Positions 9,645-20,379 are shown, counted from the first letter of the stretch. The stretch: 64,000 nucleotides of DNA from an uncultured bacterium (GCA_963822585.1 CAWGIE010000047.1:1-64000); one strand, 5' to 3'. The notes: generated from the sequence alone by a model not told the origin. A program made the numbers and translations.

Positions 9645-10201
9645 GTGCGACAGATAATTATTTATCCCGGTTCGGAAGGATTCATGGTCCGGCGGCCGGT
9701 CCGGCTGGTCGGCGATCAGGAAGGGCTGGAGCGGCTCTGCGCCGAGCTTCTCGGGGAAAATTTCATCGCCCTCGACGTGGAGACGACACTTGACTGGGGT
9801 CGTCTCTGTCTGGCCCAGGTCGCCACCCCCGCCTGGAGCGCGGTGATCGACGTCTTCGAAACGCGGGACCTTTCCCCGCTCTTCGCGGTCCTGGAAGAAC
9901 CCCGATCCAGGTGATCATTCATAACGCTTCCTTCGAGCGCTCCATCCTTGGCCCTCTCGGCTGCCGGATCACCGCCGTCTTCGATACCCTTCGCGCCTCC
10001 CGCCTCCTCCGGGGTTACCGGATTCCGGGGGGGCACAGCCTGGGATCGGTCTGCCGGCGAGAACTGGAGATCGAACTCGACAAACGATACCAGACGTCCG
10101 ACTGGACCCGCCGGCCCCTCTCGACCGCCCAGCTCAACTACGCCGCCATGGACGCCGAGGTCCTGATCGACCTCTATGCCGTCTTCTCCCCGCATACCTG
10201 A
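9645..10201 (+). pseudogene. 3'-5' exonuclease (RNase D/PolA proofreading-domain-like), frameshifted near 9900
   Basis: IALDVET and LCLAQVAT are in one frame. IIHNASFE, FDTL, YQTSDWTRRPLS and YAAMDA are in another. One added base near the C4 at 9900-9903 would join them. Confidence 0.75.
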
Positions 10202-10208
10202 TTATTTG

Positions 10209-10307
10209 CCGCCAAGACACCAAGGCACCAAGAAAAAAGAGGAAATAAACAAATTCGTGGAAAGAAAGATTTTTACTATTCTTCGTGATCTTCGTGTCCT
10301 TCGTGGT
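10209..10307. repeat. Inverted nonamer-type cassette
   Basis: CCAAGACACCAAGGCACCAAG arm and CTTCGTGATCTTCGTGTCCTTCGTGG arm. Confidence 0.8.
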
Positions 10308-10335
10308 TTGCAAGTGGTATCGGAGGTGTTCAACC

Positions 10336-10794
10336 GTGATCAAAATTAAAAAGTTGTTGGAAGATGCGAAGTCGAAGAGCCGCTGCGCCAATATCGCGAT
10401 GGCGGCGGTCATCGAGACCCCGGAAGGAGAGTGTGTTTTGGGATGGAACGGGCCCCCGATCCGGGCTGGGGAACACACCGCCTGCCGCCTGGGCGGTCCG
10501 ATCACCCCGGAAAATCTCCGGAACTGCCCGGGGGTCCACGCCGAGGTCCGGGCCGTCTGCCGGGCGGCGGAGGAGGGTATCGGCGTTCGCGGAGGGACGA
10601 TCTACCTGAGCGAGTGGTTCCCCTGCGCCCCCTGCGCCATGGTCATCATTGAAGCCGGTCTCGCCCGTCTGGTGGTCGCCGAGGACCTGAACTTCGCCAA
10701 GGACGACTGCTACAACTTTCGCCTGGCCCGGGAATATCTGGACCGGGCCGGCGTGAAGATCGAGGTGAGGAAGGATTTGCTCTCTGGCCGTTGA
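10336..10794 (+). CDS. Zn-dependent deaminase, dCMP deaminase/ComEB-like
   Basis: GWNG, HAE and PCAPC motifs. A GGAGGT RBS precedes GTG 10336. Confidence 0.85.
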   Translation: MIKIKKLLEDAKSKSRCANIAMAAVIETPEGECVLGWNGPPIRAGEHTACRLGGPITPENLRNCPGVHAEVRAVCRAAEEGIGVRGGTIYLSEWFPCAPCAMVIIEAGLARLVVAEDLNFAKDDCYNFRLAREYLDRAGVKIEVRKDLLSGR

Positions 10795-10893
10795 CCCTCT
10801 TCCCGTCCCGGCGATGAGTGATTCGGGAGATGAGGGAGGTTTGCTCCGAAAGGGAAGAACCGGGCCAGCAAACGGGGAAAGCGATCTCCGATT

Positions 10894-11736
10894 TTAAACT
10901 GCGCCCCTCTCCCGCCGTTGCGCGCGCAGCAGCAGTTCCACCGCCGTTCTCAGGGAGGAAAAGAGCGCCTCTTTCTCCCGGGGAAGGGGGTCGTCCGGAT
11001 CGAAGGGGACGTGATTGGCCACGCTTTTGACCGCGATCCCCCGCACTCCTTTCCAGGTCCGGCAGAGGGCATAAAAGAACGCGGTCTCCATGTCGAGCAG
11101 GTAGGGCTCCCCGCTTTGGTAGAGTTCGACGAAGGCACGGAACCCGGGAGGCGTCTGGCCGTTCGCCGGTGCCGGGCCCGCGTATAACGGTTGCCCTCCT
11201 TCATCGAGGACGCAGCCGAAATTGTAAAAGGAATCCTGGGAGATGACGCGCCCCTCCCCGGGGCTTTTCAGGCCCATCCCGGAGGCGATCCCCGCCAGGT
11301 CGGGGGAGGGGAGGATATCCCGGCCGGGTTTCCCGGCGGAGGAAAAACCGACACCGCCCGGCCCCCCGAGCGGGTTGATAACGGCCCGGGTCAGAAGATA
11401 CGTATCTCCCAGAGGGTAGTGGCGGGAAGCGCCGCAGGTCCCCGCCAGGACGAACGTCCTGCCTCCGAGGGAAACCAGCTCAAACATCGTCCCCGCCACG
11501 GCCGCGGAACCATAGCCGGCCACTACCACCGTGAATGAGGTCCCCTCCCGCCCGGCCCGGAAGACCGCCGCGCCCCGCCGTCTTCCGAGTGGCGAGAGGG
11601 CGCAGCCCGCGGCCTCCAGTCCGGCCGCGACCGACTCGGCCTCTTCCCCGAAGACCGGAAGGACACATTCATCGACGTCCCCTTTCTCCAGTCCCAGCAT
11701 TACCGTCTTTCCCATGAAAAGCTCTCCTTGCTTCAT
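10894..11736 (-). CDS. Nucleoside phosphorylase-family protein (uridine phosphorylase-like)
   Basis: AGYGSAA, LAGTCGA, SQDSFY and DMETAFFY. The start may be 11715. Confidence 0.7.
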   Translation of the reverse strand: MKQGELFMGKTVMLGLEKGDVDECVLPVFGEEAESVAAGLEAAGCALSPLGRRRGAAVFRAGREGTSFTVVVAGYGSAAVAGTMFELVSLGGRTFVLAGTCGASRHYPLGDTYLLTRAVINPLGGPGGVGFSSAGKPGRDILPSPDLAGIASGMGLKSPGEGRVISQDSFYNFGCVLDEGGQPLYAGPAPANGQTPPGFRAFVELYQSGEPYLLDMETAFFYALCRTWKGVRGIAVKSVANHVPFDPDDPLPREKEALFSSLRTAVELLLRAQRRERGAV

Positions 11737-11785
11737 CTTCCTGCTTGGCGATGATGGGTGTCATCGCTTATACTAATATATCTTC

Positions 11786-11841
11786 TCTGTTTCGGAATTT
11801 CAATAATCGGAAAAATCCGATTATTGAAATTCCGAAACAGA
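11786..11841. repeat. Perfect 26-bp inverted repeat with a 4-nt loop
   Basis: TCTGTTTCGGAATTTCAATAATCGGA-AAAA-TCCGATTATTGAAATTCCGAAACAGA. Confidence 0.95.
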
Positions 11842-11872
11842 CGAAAAAACAACCAAAATCAGGTGCTGATTA

Positions 11873-12451
11873 GTGGGGCCGGAAGATTTTAATGATATCT
11901 TCGATCGATACGGTACCCTGGTCTGGTCCATGATCGGGAAGATGGGGATCCAGTCTTCGGACCGGGAAGATGTTTTCATGGAGTCGTGGGAGGCCGTTTT
12001 CGATTCCATCGACTCCTTCGACGGCCAGGCTCAGTTCTCCACCTGGATCGCCCGGATCGTCAGGAACAAATCCATCGACCATATCCGCAAACATCTCCCG
12101 GTGCCCCTGGACGACGAGGAACTGGTCCGTTTGGCCGAGACCGCCGGGACCCGGGCGGGTGTCTCCATTCTCCCCCCGGGGGCTCCCTCGCCCCGGGTGA
12201 AAGCAATGCGGAAAGAAGCGGCCGATTTGATCGGGTCCGCTCTCGACGAACTTTCCCCGCGGAGGAAGTTTATCGCCGAGAAGTGGATGGCCGGGTTCAA
12301 GTACCGGGAGATCGCCGAAATGCTCAATGCCGTCGACGTCGATCCGGTGGATGAACAGTACGTGGGAAAACAGGTTTATTACGCTAAAATGCTTCTGACC
12401 AAATCCCTGGCCGGCGCCGGGATACAATCTTTTAAAGATTTATTGGAATAA
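11873..12451 (+). CDS. RNA polymerase ECF sigma-70 factor
   Basis: Region 2 EDVFMESW...FSTWIARIVRNKSIDHIRK and region 4 ALDELSPRRK...GFKYREIAEML. Confidence 0.85.
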   Translation: MGPEDFNDIFDRYGTLVWSMIGKMGIQSSDREDVFMESWEAVFDSIDSFDGQAQFSTWIARIVRNKSIDHIRKHLPVPLDDEELVRLAETAGTRAGVSILPPGAPSPRVKAMRKEAADLIGSALDELSPRRKFIAEKWMAGFKYREIAEMLNAVDVDPVDEQYVGKQVYYAKMLLTKSLAGAGIQSFKDLLE

Positions 12452-12523
12452 AAGAAGGCTTTGATACGACTATTAATTAGGCTTGTTCAATCGTTATCCC
12501 GACAATGTCTGATTGTCAATTAT

Positions 12524-12618
12524 AATGGAGTGATGGAATGATGGAGTAATGGAGTGATGAAAGGCGCCTCGGCCTGGCAGCCCCACCATTCCGGTATTCC
12601 ACCACTCCAGTACTCCAT
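12524..12618. repeat. Inverted octamer cassette
   Basis: TGGAGTGA/TGGAATGA arm and CATTCC/ACTCCA arm between the sigma and anti-sigma genes. Confidence 0.85.
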
Positions 12619-12681
12619 CCGGTAAAATGCAAGCGTATCGAAAGATACGTGAATGGTAGAATATCCTGGCAAGATAAAACC

Positions 12682-13689
12682 ATGGTCACCTGTTTTACAG
12701 AAGAAGAACTCAGCGGTTATCTTGACGGGGAATGCCCGCCCGGCCGATCCCGTTTGATCAGAGCCCATCTCAAGAAGTGTTCGAAATGCGCCGCTCTCTA
12801 CCGGAAGCTCAGTACCGCCGGACTGGCCCTGGAAATATATCCCCGAACGGCGCTGCCCCCGGATCGGGAAAAGGGGCCGTGCTGTTTTCCGGAAGGTACG
12901 CTCGCGGCCTATGCCGACGGGAGCCTTAGTGCCGCCGATGAGCGGCGCGAGATCGCGGCTCATATAGCCGGTTGCGACCGCTGTTCCCGGATCGTCGTGG
13001 AAGCGGCCCGGGCGGCCGATCTGGCCCGGGCGGCGAAACACGGGAAACCGGATCCGGTTCCCGCCCGTATCCGGCGCACGGTCGAGGAACGGTTCTTCCC
13101 CCATCCGGTCTCCCTGGGAAGGATCGATATCAGCCTGGCCGAGATCCGGGATACCGTGGCCCGCTGGTTCCAGCCCGGCTTCGGGCGGCAGGTCGCCTAC
13201 TCCATCTCCCCTGATTATATCTGTCATCAAGCGGCGGAAGACCGGTTTTCATACTCTCTCCCCCCCGCCGACGATACCGATTCGAGGGAAGCCCCGGTCG
13301 CCGTCCCGAAACCGGGCGCCGGGAAGGGAGGGGCCGTCCGGAAGAAAAAGAAACCGTCCCGCCCGCAGTCGGTCTCCGAGCCCCGGCCGCGGAAACCGAG
13401 GCAGGAGAAGGAAGCCCCGCGCTGGTCTTTCGAGCGGGGGGATATTCGCGTCTCGATCGAAGTCGCGGCCGGCGAGAAAGGGGAGGTCGCCTGCCGGATA
13501 GAAATCACCGATCGGCAGGGTCATCCCCTCTCCGGTGTTCCCCTGATGTTGGGAAAGGCCGGGGAAAAAATCTGGACGGATGTCACTCGGCTGGAAAAGA
13601 AATCGATCTTCACTCACCTCGTTCCGGGGCGATACCGGCTCGCCGTCCTCCGGGAGAATAGCTACACCCTGGATCTTGAAGTTCGGTAA
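12682..13689 (+). CDS. zf-HC2 (ZAS) anti-sigma factor with two zinc-finger domains
   Basis: LSGYLDGE...HLKKCSKC and LAAYADGSL...HIAGCDRC. It follows the ECF sigma gene. Confidence 0.8.
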   Translation: MVTCFTEEELSGYLDGECPPGRSRLIRAHLKKCSKCAALYRKLSTAGLALEIYPRTALPPDREKGPCCFPEGTLAAYADGSLSAADERREIAAHIAGCDRCSRIVVEAARAADLARAAKHGKPDPVPARIRRTVEERFFPHPVSLGRIDISLAEIRDTVARWFQPGFGRQVAYSISPDYICHQAAEDRFSYSLPPADDTDSREAPVAVPKPGAGKGGAVRKKKKPSRPQSVSEPRPRKPRQEKEAPRWSFERGDIRVSIEVAAGEKGEVACRIEITDRQGHPLSGVPLMLGKAGEKIWTDVTRLEKKSIFTHLVPGRYRLAVLRENSYTLDLEVR

Positions 13690-13754
13690 TGCCGGAGGAC
13701 CTTCCCTGATCCCGGCGGCCGGGGCATTCGGGCCTGTAATCATGGGGTGCGTTA

Positions 13755-13791
13755 TTTGATGCCTTGACATCAAATATAAAAGTGCTATGAT
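13755..13791 (+). promoter_or_regulatory. Sigma-70 promoter of vapBC with an overlapping palindromic operator
   Basis: TTGACA (13764), 16-nt spacer, then TATGAT (13786) with an extended TG. The palindrome TTTGATG-N6-CATCAAA spans the -35 box. The ATG lies only 6 nt past the -10 box, so the mRNA is probably leaderless. Confidence 0.7.
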
Positions 13792-13797
13792 GCCTGT

Positions 13798-14043
13798 ATG
13801 AGAACAACAATAGTACTTGAAGACGATGTTCTTGACCGGGCGCGGGCCTTGAAAGAAAAACTCCGGATTCCCCTGAAAGCGGTGATCAACAAAGCCTTGC
13901 GGATCGGGCTGGAAAAAGTAGAGACGCCCGGCCGGCGCAAGGCCTACCGGACGAAACCGCATCCGATGGGATTGCGCAAGGGTTACAGTCTGGATAACAT
14001 TCAGGAACTGCTCGCTCAGGTTGAGGGAGAAGATACCCGTTGA
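13798..14043 (+). CDS. vapB: VapB-type antitoxin (RHH)
   Basis: MRTTIVLEDDV N-terminus, and overlap with the PIN toxin start. Confidence 0.85.
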   Translation: MRTTIVLEDDVLDRARALKEKLRIPLKAVINKALRIGLEKVETPGRRKAYRTKPHPMGLRKGYSLDNIQELLAQVEGEDTR

Positions 14044-14468
14044 TCATAGTCGATGCCAACATCCTTCTTTATGCAGAAGATAGTAAGAGCCGGCAGCATA
14101 GGGAAGCACGCCGGTGGTGGGATGTTCGATTGTCGGGGGCCGATCCCGTATGCCTGTGCTGGTCGGTCATCTCGGCTTTCATGCGGATCAGCACCAACCG
14201 GCGGATTTTCGAGAGACCGCTTTCCCTGGAAGACGCCATTCAGCGAGTTCAAAGCTGGCTGGATCAACCGTGTACTCGGCTAATTCACCCAACCCGGAAC
14301 CATTGGACGGTCTTCCGGCGGATGCTCATTCAGGGGAAGGCTGCGGCCAACCTGGTGTCTGATGCTCATCTGGCCGCTTTGGCGATTGAGCATGGCTGTG
14401 AATTGTTTTCAACCGACGTTGATTTTTCCCGTTTCCCGGGTTGCAAGTGGAAAAATCCATTAGCATAA
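14040..14468 (+). CDS. vapC: VapC PIN-domain toxin
   Basis: IIVDANILLYA, NLVSDAHLAALAIEHG and STDVDFSRFPG. Confidence 0.92.
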   Translation: MIIVDANILLYAEDSKSRQHREARRWWDVRLSGADPVCLCWSVISAFMRISTNRRIFERPLSLEDAIQRVQSWLDQPCTRLIHPTRNHWTVFRRMLIQGKAAANLVSDAHLAALAIEHGCELFSTDVDFSRFPGCKWKNPLA

Positions 14469-14711
14469 CCGGGATCAGCGCTCCGGCAGAGAACCCCACT
14501 TAATTTTGTCCCTGGCCGGTACTATCTCATTGTCGCCGTCCCGGTTTCCCCTAGTTGGGCCTCCGGGTTCCCCGACACCCACCTGATCATCATCCGCACA
14601 AACTTTGCCACCCCGCCGCGCATTTCTTAAAAGACTGCCTCTATTCCATTGTATAGTCACAAAGGGGCGGGTGATGGCGAAGATATGAGCGGCATGTTAT
14701 ATTTACCTGGC

Positions 14712-17411
14712 ATGAAGACAATAATCCTGTCCACAAGCCTGCTCCTCATTGTTGTTTTGTTTGCTCCGCCGGTGGCGTCGCCGGCTTCCGGTTCTCCTGC
14801 CGGCATATCGGCCGTCTGGGCGAACAATGGGGAGGACAAGATAACCAGAAATGAACTGCGGGCTTCCGGCAATCCCTCGTCCGTTATCAACTCCGTCTGG
14901 GACGGATCAACGATCCGTATCTTCGGGGCGAAGAACGAGGTCGTTGCCTTCAACCTCTGCCTGGAGGCTGCCGTCCGGTCGGCCCTGGGGATAACGGTCT
15001 CCTTTAACCGGCTGGACGGTCCGGGGGGGGCCGTGATTCAATCGTCGGCCGCGACGGGGGACGGCGTCTTCGACTGGACCGGACGTGACATCGAGCTTTT
15101 CTTCATCCGTTACCTGGAGATCGAAGGGTTGAGCCGCCTCTCCTACGAGTCCTATGACGAGCGGCACATCCCGCAGCGGTTTCGTCGGCCCTGGTCCGGG
15201 GACGGGGAGGGGACCGGCACCTGGCTCGACCGGCCGGATCATAATAAGTTCTACCCCGATATCGCCGTCCCCCTGGAACTGGTCCCGTCCTTCGCCATTC
15301 AGACCGGCCGGAATCAGAGCATCTGGTGCGATATCTACATCCCGAAAGAATCGCCGGCCGGGATTTATACCGGGAGCGTCGCCGTTGCCGAGAGCGGCGC
15401 CCCCGTTCGGCAGATCCCCGTCCAGCTGACCGTCCGCGATTTTGCCCTCCCGGATCTCCCGTCGGCCCGGACGATGCTCTTCATCAGCACCGAGAACATC
15501 AATTACCGTTATCTGGGGACCGAATACCCGACCCCGGGAACCGCCCTTTATCAGCAGAGCCTTCTTCTGGCCGACCGGCATTTCCAGCTCGCGCACCGGC
15601 ACCGGATATCCCTGATCGACGGCTACACCTACATCCCCGACCTGGGAGACGCCTGGGCCGACCGATTAAGCGGAGATCTCTTCACCGCCCTCCGGGGATA
15701 CCGTGGCCCGGGGGCGGGGACGGGGAACAACGTCTATTCGATCGGGACCTACGGTTCCTGGCCCTGGCAGGGGGGAGGAGAGGCGGCGATGCGGACGAAT
15801 ACGGATCTCTGGGCGAACTGGTTCGCCGCCCGGAACTTTGCCACTCCCACCGACTATTTTCTCTACCTGATCGACGAGTCGAGTAATTTCCCTCAGATCG
15901 AACAGTGGGCCCAGTGGATGAATAATAATCCCGGCCCCGGCAGCACGGTTCTCTCATTGGCCACCGTCTCTCTGGTAGACGGCGTCAGTCAGGCCCCGTC
16001 ACTGGATATCCCGGACTCCGGCACCGCCACCGGTATCACGGCCGATTTTCAATCCGCCGCCGACAGCATTCTCTCATCGCCCGGCAAACGTCTCTGGATG
16101 TACGCCGCCTACCGGCCCAATGTCGGGTCGATGGCGATCGAGGACGACGGGGTCAGCCCCCGGGTGACGGCCTGGGCCCAGTATAAGAAAAAGGTGGAAC
16201 GCTGGTTTTACTGGGAGTCCACCTATTACAATAACTTCCAGGGCGGCACCGGGCAGACGGATGTCTTCAACTCGGCCTTCACCTTCGGCGGCCACAGCGG
16301 TTACGATCAGGTGCTCGGTGAGACCGGCTGGAACTACGGGAACGGCGACGGCGTCCTCTTCTTCCCGGGGACCGATCTTGCCTTCCCCGCCGGTTCCTAC
16401 GGCGTGAACGGTCCCTTCGCCAGCCTCCGCCTCAAGCACTGGCGGCGCGGTATTCAGGACGTCGATTACCTGACGCAGGCCGCGGCGGCGGCGCCGGTTC
16501 GGACGGCGCAGATTGTCAACGCGACGATCCCCACCGTCCTCTGGGAGTATGGCGTTGACGACCCCTCCGACCCGACCTGGATCCGGACCGATATCAGCTG
16601 GTCGACCGACCCGGACGTCTGGGAAGCCGCCCGCCAGGAACTGGCGGATATCATCGAAGCCGGGAAGAGACCCGCCTGCGCCTCGGGCGATTATGACGGA
16701 GACGGGACGGATGATATCGCCGTCTTCCGCCCCGCCGCCGGCCTCTGGGCGGTCCGGGGCGTCACCCGGCGCTACTTTGGAACATCCTCATCGCGCCCGG
16801 TCCCCGGGGATTACAACGGCGACGGGACCGCCGAGATCGGGATCTTCCGTCCCGATACCGGCCTCTGGGCGATCGCGGGGCTGACCCGCGCCTATTTCGG
16901 CAACGAAACCGTCCGTCCCGTGCCGGGCGATTATGACGGCGACGGGACCTGCGACCCGGCGATCTTCCGGATCTCCTCGGGCCTCTGGGCGATCAGGGGC
17001 GTCAGCCGCATGTATTTCGGCCACGCGGGCGACTCTCCGGCGCCGGGCGACTACGACGGCGACGGTAAAAATGATATCGCCCTTTTCCGCAGCCCGGCCG
17101 GCCTCTGGGCGGTCCGGGGGCTCAGCCGGGCGTATTTCGGGGTGTCGGGTGACAATCCGGTCCCCGGCGACTACGACGGCGATGGTACCGCCGCCGTGGC
17201 GCTCTTCAGGCCCTCCTCCGGCCTCTGGGCGGTTCGGGGACTGACCCGACGGTACTTCGGTGGATCCGGGGTTTCCCCCGTCCCGGCCGACTATGACGGA
17301 GATGGGACTGACGACACCGGGGTCTTCCGGGATTCCTCCGGTCTCTGGGCGGTCAAGGGTATCTCCAGAATATATCATGGAATGACCGGAGACATCCCGG
17401 TGACGAGATAG
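14712..17411 (+). CDS. Secreted DUF4091/GH123-like putative glycoside hydrolase with a C-terminal six-repeat domain
   Basis: Signal peptide, [23 protein letters not shown] and [17 protein letters not shown]. It ends in six GDYDGDG repeats and DIPVTR. Confidence 0.7.
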   Translation: MKTIILSTSLLLIVVLFAPPVASPASGSPAGISAVWANNGEDKITRNELRASGNPSSVINSVWDGSTIRIFGAKNEVVAFNLCLEAAVRSALGITVSFNRLDGPGGAVIQSSAATGDGVFDWTGRDIELFFIRYLEIEGLSRLSYESYDERHIPQRFRRPWSGDGEGTGTWLDRPDHNKFYPDIAVPLELVPSFAIQTGRNQSIWCDIYIPKESPAGIYTGSVAVAESGAPVRQIPVQLTVRDFALPDLPSARTMLFISTENINYRYLGTEYPTPGTALYQQSLLLADRHFQLAHRHRISLIDGYTYIPDLGDAWADRLSGDLFTALRGYRGPGAGTGNNVYSIGTYGSWPWQGGGEAAMRTNTDLWANWFAARNFATPTDYFLYLIDESSNFPQIEQWAQWMNNNPGPGSTVLSLATVSLVDGVSQAPSLDIPDSGTATGITADFQSAADSILSSPGKRLWMYAAYRPNVGSMAIEDDGVSPRVTAWAQYKKKVERWFYWESTYYNNFQGGTGQTDVFNSAFTFGGHSGYDQVLGETGWNYGNGDGVLFFPGTDLAFPAGSYGVNGPFASLRLKHWRRGIQDVDYLTQAAAAAPVRTAQIVNATIPTVLWEYGVDDPSDPTWIRTDISWSTDPDVWEAARQELADIIEAGKRPACASGDYDGDGTDDIAVFRPAAGLWAVRGVTRRYFGTSSSRPVPGDYNGDGTAEIGIFRPDTGLWAIAGLTRAYFGNETVRPVPGDYDGDGTCDPAIFRISSGLWAIRGVSRMYFGHAGDSPAPGDYDGDGKNDIALFRSPAGLWAVRGLSRAYFGVSGDNPVPGDYDGDGTAAVALFRPSSGLWAVRGLTRRYFGGSGVSPVPADYDGDGTDDTGVFRDSSGLWAVKGISRIYHGMTGDIPVTR

Positions 17412-17438
17412 AATTGTAAAAATCCCTCCACTGCTTTC

Positions 17439-17508
17439 CTCGTTCACACGCTCTGCGTGGGAACGCATCGACAGTTTTCGTTAAGACGCAGAGATTCGTA
17501 ACGAGGAG
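17439..17508. repeat. REP-like palindrome
   Basis: CCTCGTTCACACGCTCTGCGTGGGAACG ... AACGAGG, just after the stop codon. Confidence 0.6.
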
Positions 17509-17614
17509 GAAAGAGGTAGCTTACTTCTTGCAAAGGGATAAAATGTTACGAAAATGTGTAATTTCCATTGAATAATCCGGATTAGAAGATGAAATAATAT
17601 CGGGAGAGAATCGT

Positions 17615-20137
17615 ATGCGCGTCTTGCTATATCCATTGATTGGGACCGTCATCATGATCACCGTCATTTTTTTTCCAACGGTTCCGGACATCTTCGGAGA
17701 GGGATGGGAATGGAGCAACCCGTACCCGACCGGGGCGAGGCTGGCCGGGATCTGGGGGAACGCGGCCGACGATATCTTCGCGGTCGGCGCCGCCGGGACC
17801 ATTATCCATTACGACGGTGGCGGCTGGGAGGCGATGCCGGGCGCAGGAGATGAGATGCTGGCCGGGGTGGGGGGAGTTTCCGGCAACGACGTGTACGCCG
17901 TCGGTACCGCGGGTACGATTCTTCACTACGACGGGTCCGGATGGACGATGATGACCAGCCCCACCGCCGTCGACCTCAACGGCGTCTGGGTCGGCTCGCC
18001 GGGCGATGTCTTTGTCGTCGGCAATACCGGGACGATCCTCCATGGGGACGGGAGCGGTTGGAGCCCGATGACCGCCGGGGCGCCGGAAGACCTCTTCGGT
18101 GTCTGGGGCAGCGCCGGAAACGACGTCTACGCGGCCGGCTGGGAGTTTTTCTCCGGGAGCGTGATTCTCCATTACGACGGGGCCGTCTGGAGCCGCCTGA
18201 CCGAGGGACTCCCCATCTTTTTCGAAGGGGTCTGGGGAAGCTCCGCCTCCGACGTTTTCGTGCTCGGCTGGGATTTCTATGGGGGGGGCCTGGCGTTCCA
18301 CTTTGACGGGAGCGATTGGTCGGTTGCCACCGGCATCGGCGGGTTTAACCTCTACGAAGCCTGGGGCAGCTCCGGGAACGATGTCTTTGCCGTCGGCCTG
18401 AACGGGGGAATCGTTCATTACGATGGGGTTGATTGGACGAGGATGACGACGGGGACCGGGGTCTGGCTTTCCGGTGTCTGGGGCGGCTCCGGAACGGACG
18501 TCTACGCGGCCGGGGAGAAGGGTACGGTCCTTCACTACACGGGGGCGGACTGGGTGGATATTCTCAGCGTTACCGCCGCCAACCTCGAAAATGTCTGGGG
18601 CGCCGCTTTCAACGATGTATATGCGGTCGGCTCCGGGGGGGCGATTGTCCACTATGACGGGAATTCCTGGTCGAACATACCGTCCGGCGCGACCAGCGAA
18701 CTGGAAGATATCTGGGGGAGTTCCGGGACCGATGTACTGGCCGTCGGAGACGGCGGGACCGTTCTTCAGTACGACGGGACCTCCTGGTCGTTGCTGTCGA
18801 TCGGCTCTTCCCGCGATCTGAGCGGTGTCTGGGGCAGCGGCCCGGACGATGTCTTCGCGGTGGGGGGGGATTTGTTTGACGGAGCGATCCTCCACTATAA
18901 CGGCGCGGCCTGGTCGGAAATGACCGTCACCGACGCCCGTCTTCTCGGGGTCTGGGGGAGCGGCCCCGCCGACGTCTTCGCACTCGGAGAATGCGGCACG
19001 ATCCTTCACCACGCCGGCGCCGGCTGGACGGTGATGACGGAGGGGAGCTGTCTCTGGACCAACAACCTCTGGAGCGCCTGGGGGAGTTCCGGGACCGATG
19101 TCTTCGCCGTCGGCGGGAATTTAAATGCCGGCAAGATCCTTCATTACGACGGGAACGGCTGGTCGGTGATGACCGACGGGATCGCCTATAACCTGGCCGA
19201 CGTCTGGGGCGCCGCGGGGACCGATGTCTACGCGGTGGGCGGTGAAGGACAGCTCTTCCACTATGACGGGGCGGCCTGGAGCGCGGCCTCCTCTCCCACT
19301 GCCGATTGGCTCCGGGGCGTCTGGGGAGACCCGGACGGCCGGTTTTTCGCGGTGGGGCAGTACCGCACCATCCTCGGTTTCCAGCCGCCGCGCGCTCCCG
19401 TTCCGCCCTGGATTCTCGACTATGACGGTGACGGGAGCTCGGATGTGGGGATCTTCCGCCCGTCATCCGGCCTCTGGGCGATCCGGGGAGTGACGAGAGC
19501 CTACTTTGGCGCCGGCGGCGAGCCGGCGCCCGGAGACTATGACGGAGACGGGACCTCCGATATCGGAATTTTCCGGGGAGCCGCCGGCCTCTGGGCGGTC
19601 CGAAACGTTTCCCGTTTCTACCTGGGCGGAGTTGACGATCAGCCGGTTTCCGGGGACTACGACGGTGACGGAACCTGGGAAGCGGCGGTTTTTCGCGCTG
19701 CATCCGGCCTCTGGGCGGTCCGGGGGGTGACGCGGTGCTACTTCGGCTCCGCCGGGGACGTGCCGGTGCCCGGGTATTATGGCGGAACCGGGAGGAAGGA
19801 TGCCGCCATCTTCCGGGGAAGTTCGGCGCTCTGGGCGGTCCGGGGGGTGACCCGGGTGTATTTCGGCCGGTCAGGCGATGAAGGGGTCCCCGGGGATTAC
19901 GGGGGTGTGGGGACCTGGGCGCCGGCCGTCCTCCGGGGCGCCGTCGGTTTCTGGGCCGTCCGGGGAGGGAACCGTTTTTATTTCGGGGATTCTTCCGATC
20001 TCGCGGTCCCGGCCGATTATAACGGCGACGGGACCGACGATGCCGGTATATTCCGGTCGGGCCCCGGCCTCTGGGCGGCCAGAGAACTCACCCGGATCTA
20101 TTACGGGGCGGAGGGAGACATACCGGTTACTAGATAG
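17615..20137 (+). CDS. Secreted beta-propeller repeat protein (VWGSSxxDVFAVG repeats) with a C-terminal six-repeat domain
   Basis: About 13-14 repeats of L.GVWG.SG.DV(F/Y)AVG..G.ILHYDG..W, then six GDYDGDG repeats ending DIPVTR. Confidence 0.8.
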   Translation: MRVLLYPLIGTVIMITVIFFPTVPDIFGEGWEWSNPYPTGARLAGIWGNAADDIFAVGAAGTIIHYDGGGWEAMPGAGDEMLAGVGGVSGNDVYAVGTAGTILHYDGSGWTMMTSPTAVDLNGVWVGSPGDVFVVGNTGTILHGDGSGWSPMTAGAPEDLFGVWGSAGNDVYAAGWEFFSGSVILHYDGAVWSRLTEGLPIFFEGVWGSSASDVFVLGWDFYGGGLAFHFDGSDWSVATGIGGFNLYEAWGSSGNDVFAVGLNGGIVHYDGVDWTRMTTGTGVWLSGVWGGSGTDVYAAGEKGTVLHYTGADWVDILSVTAANLENVWGAAFNDVYAVGSGGAIVHYDGNSWSNIPSGATSELEDIWGSSGTDVLAVGDGGTVLQYDGTSWSLLSIGSSRDLSGVWGSGPDDVFAVGGDLFDGAILHYNGAAWSEMTVTDARLLGVWGSGPADVFALGECGTILHHAGAGWTVMTEGSCLWTNNLWSAWGSSGTDVFAVGGNLNAGKILHYDGNGWSVMTDGIAYNLADVWGAAGTDVYAVGGEGQLFHYDGAAWSAASSPTADWLRGVWGDPDGRFFAVGQYRTILGFQPPRAPVPPWILDYDGDGSSDVGIFRPSSGLWAIRGVTRAYFGAGGEPAPGDYDGDGTSDIGIFRGAAGLWAVRNVSRFYLGGVDDQPVSGDYDGDGTWEAAVFRAASGLWAVRGVTRCYFGSAGDVPVPGYYGGTGRKDAAIFRGSSALWAVRGVTRVYFGRSGDEGVPGDYGGVGTWAPAVLRGAVGFWAVRGGNRFYFGDSSDLAVPADYNGDGTDDAGIFRSGPGLWAARELTRIYYGAEGDIPVTR

Positions 20138-20379
20138 ATTATCTTTTATTTTACTGCGAGTTCATGGATACTTGTATCCCGTAGCTCATATCAAGTAACT
20201 TGCTCCGGAATTTCAATAATGATTAGCTACCAAGGCACCCGTCCGCCATTGCAAGCAAGATATTGCGGGCGGGCAAAGGCACCAAGAAAAGAGGGGAAAG
20301 GGTAAAATACTCACCTTATTTAATTTTTCTTAGTGTCTTGGTGGTGAAAAGTTGCGCCGGAGGCGCTAATTTGTATCCC

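Noticed and set aside
6799..10794. Dpd-type 7-deazaguanine DNA-modification island
   Set aside because: There are no dpdA/tgt-like, dpdB or helicase genes in the window, and queF points to tRNA queuosine.
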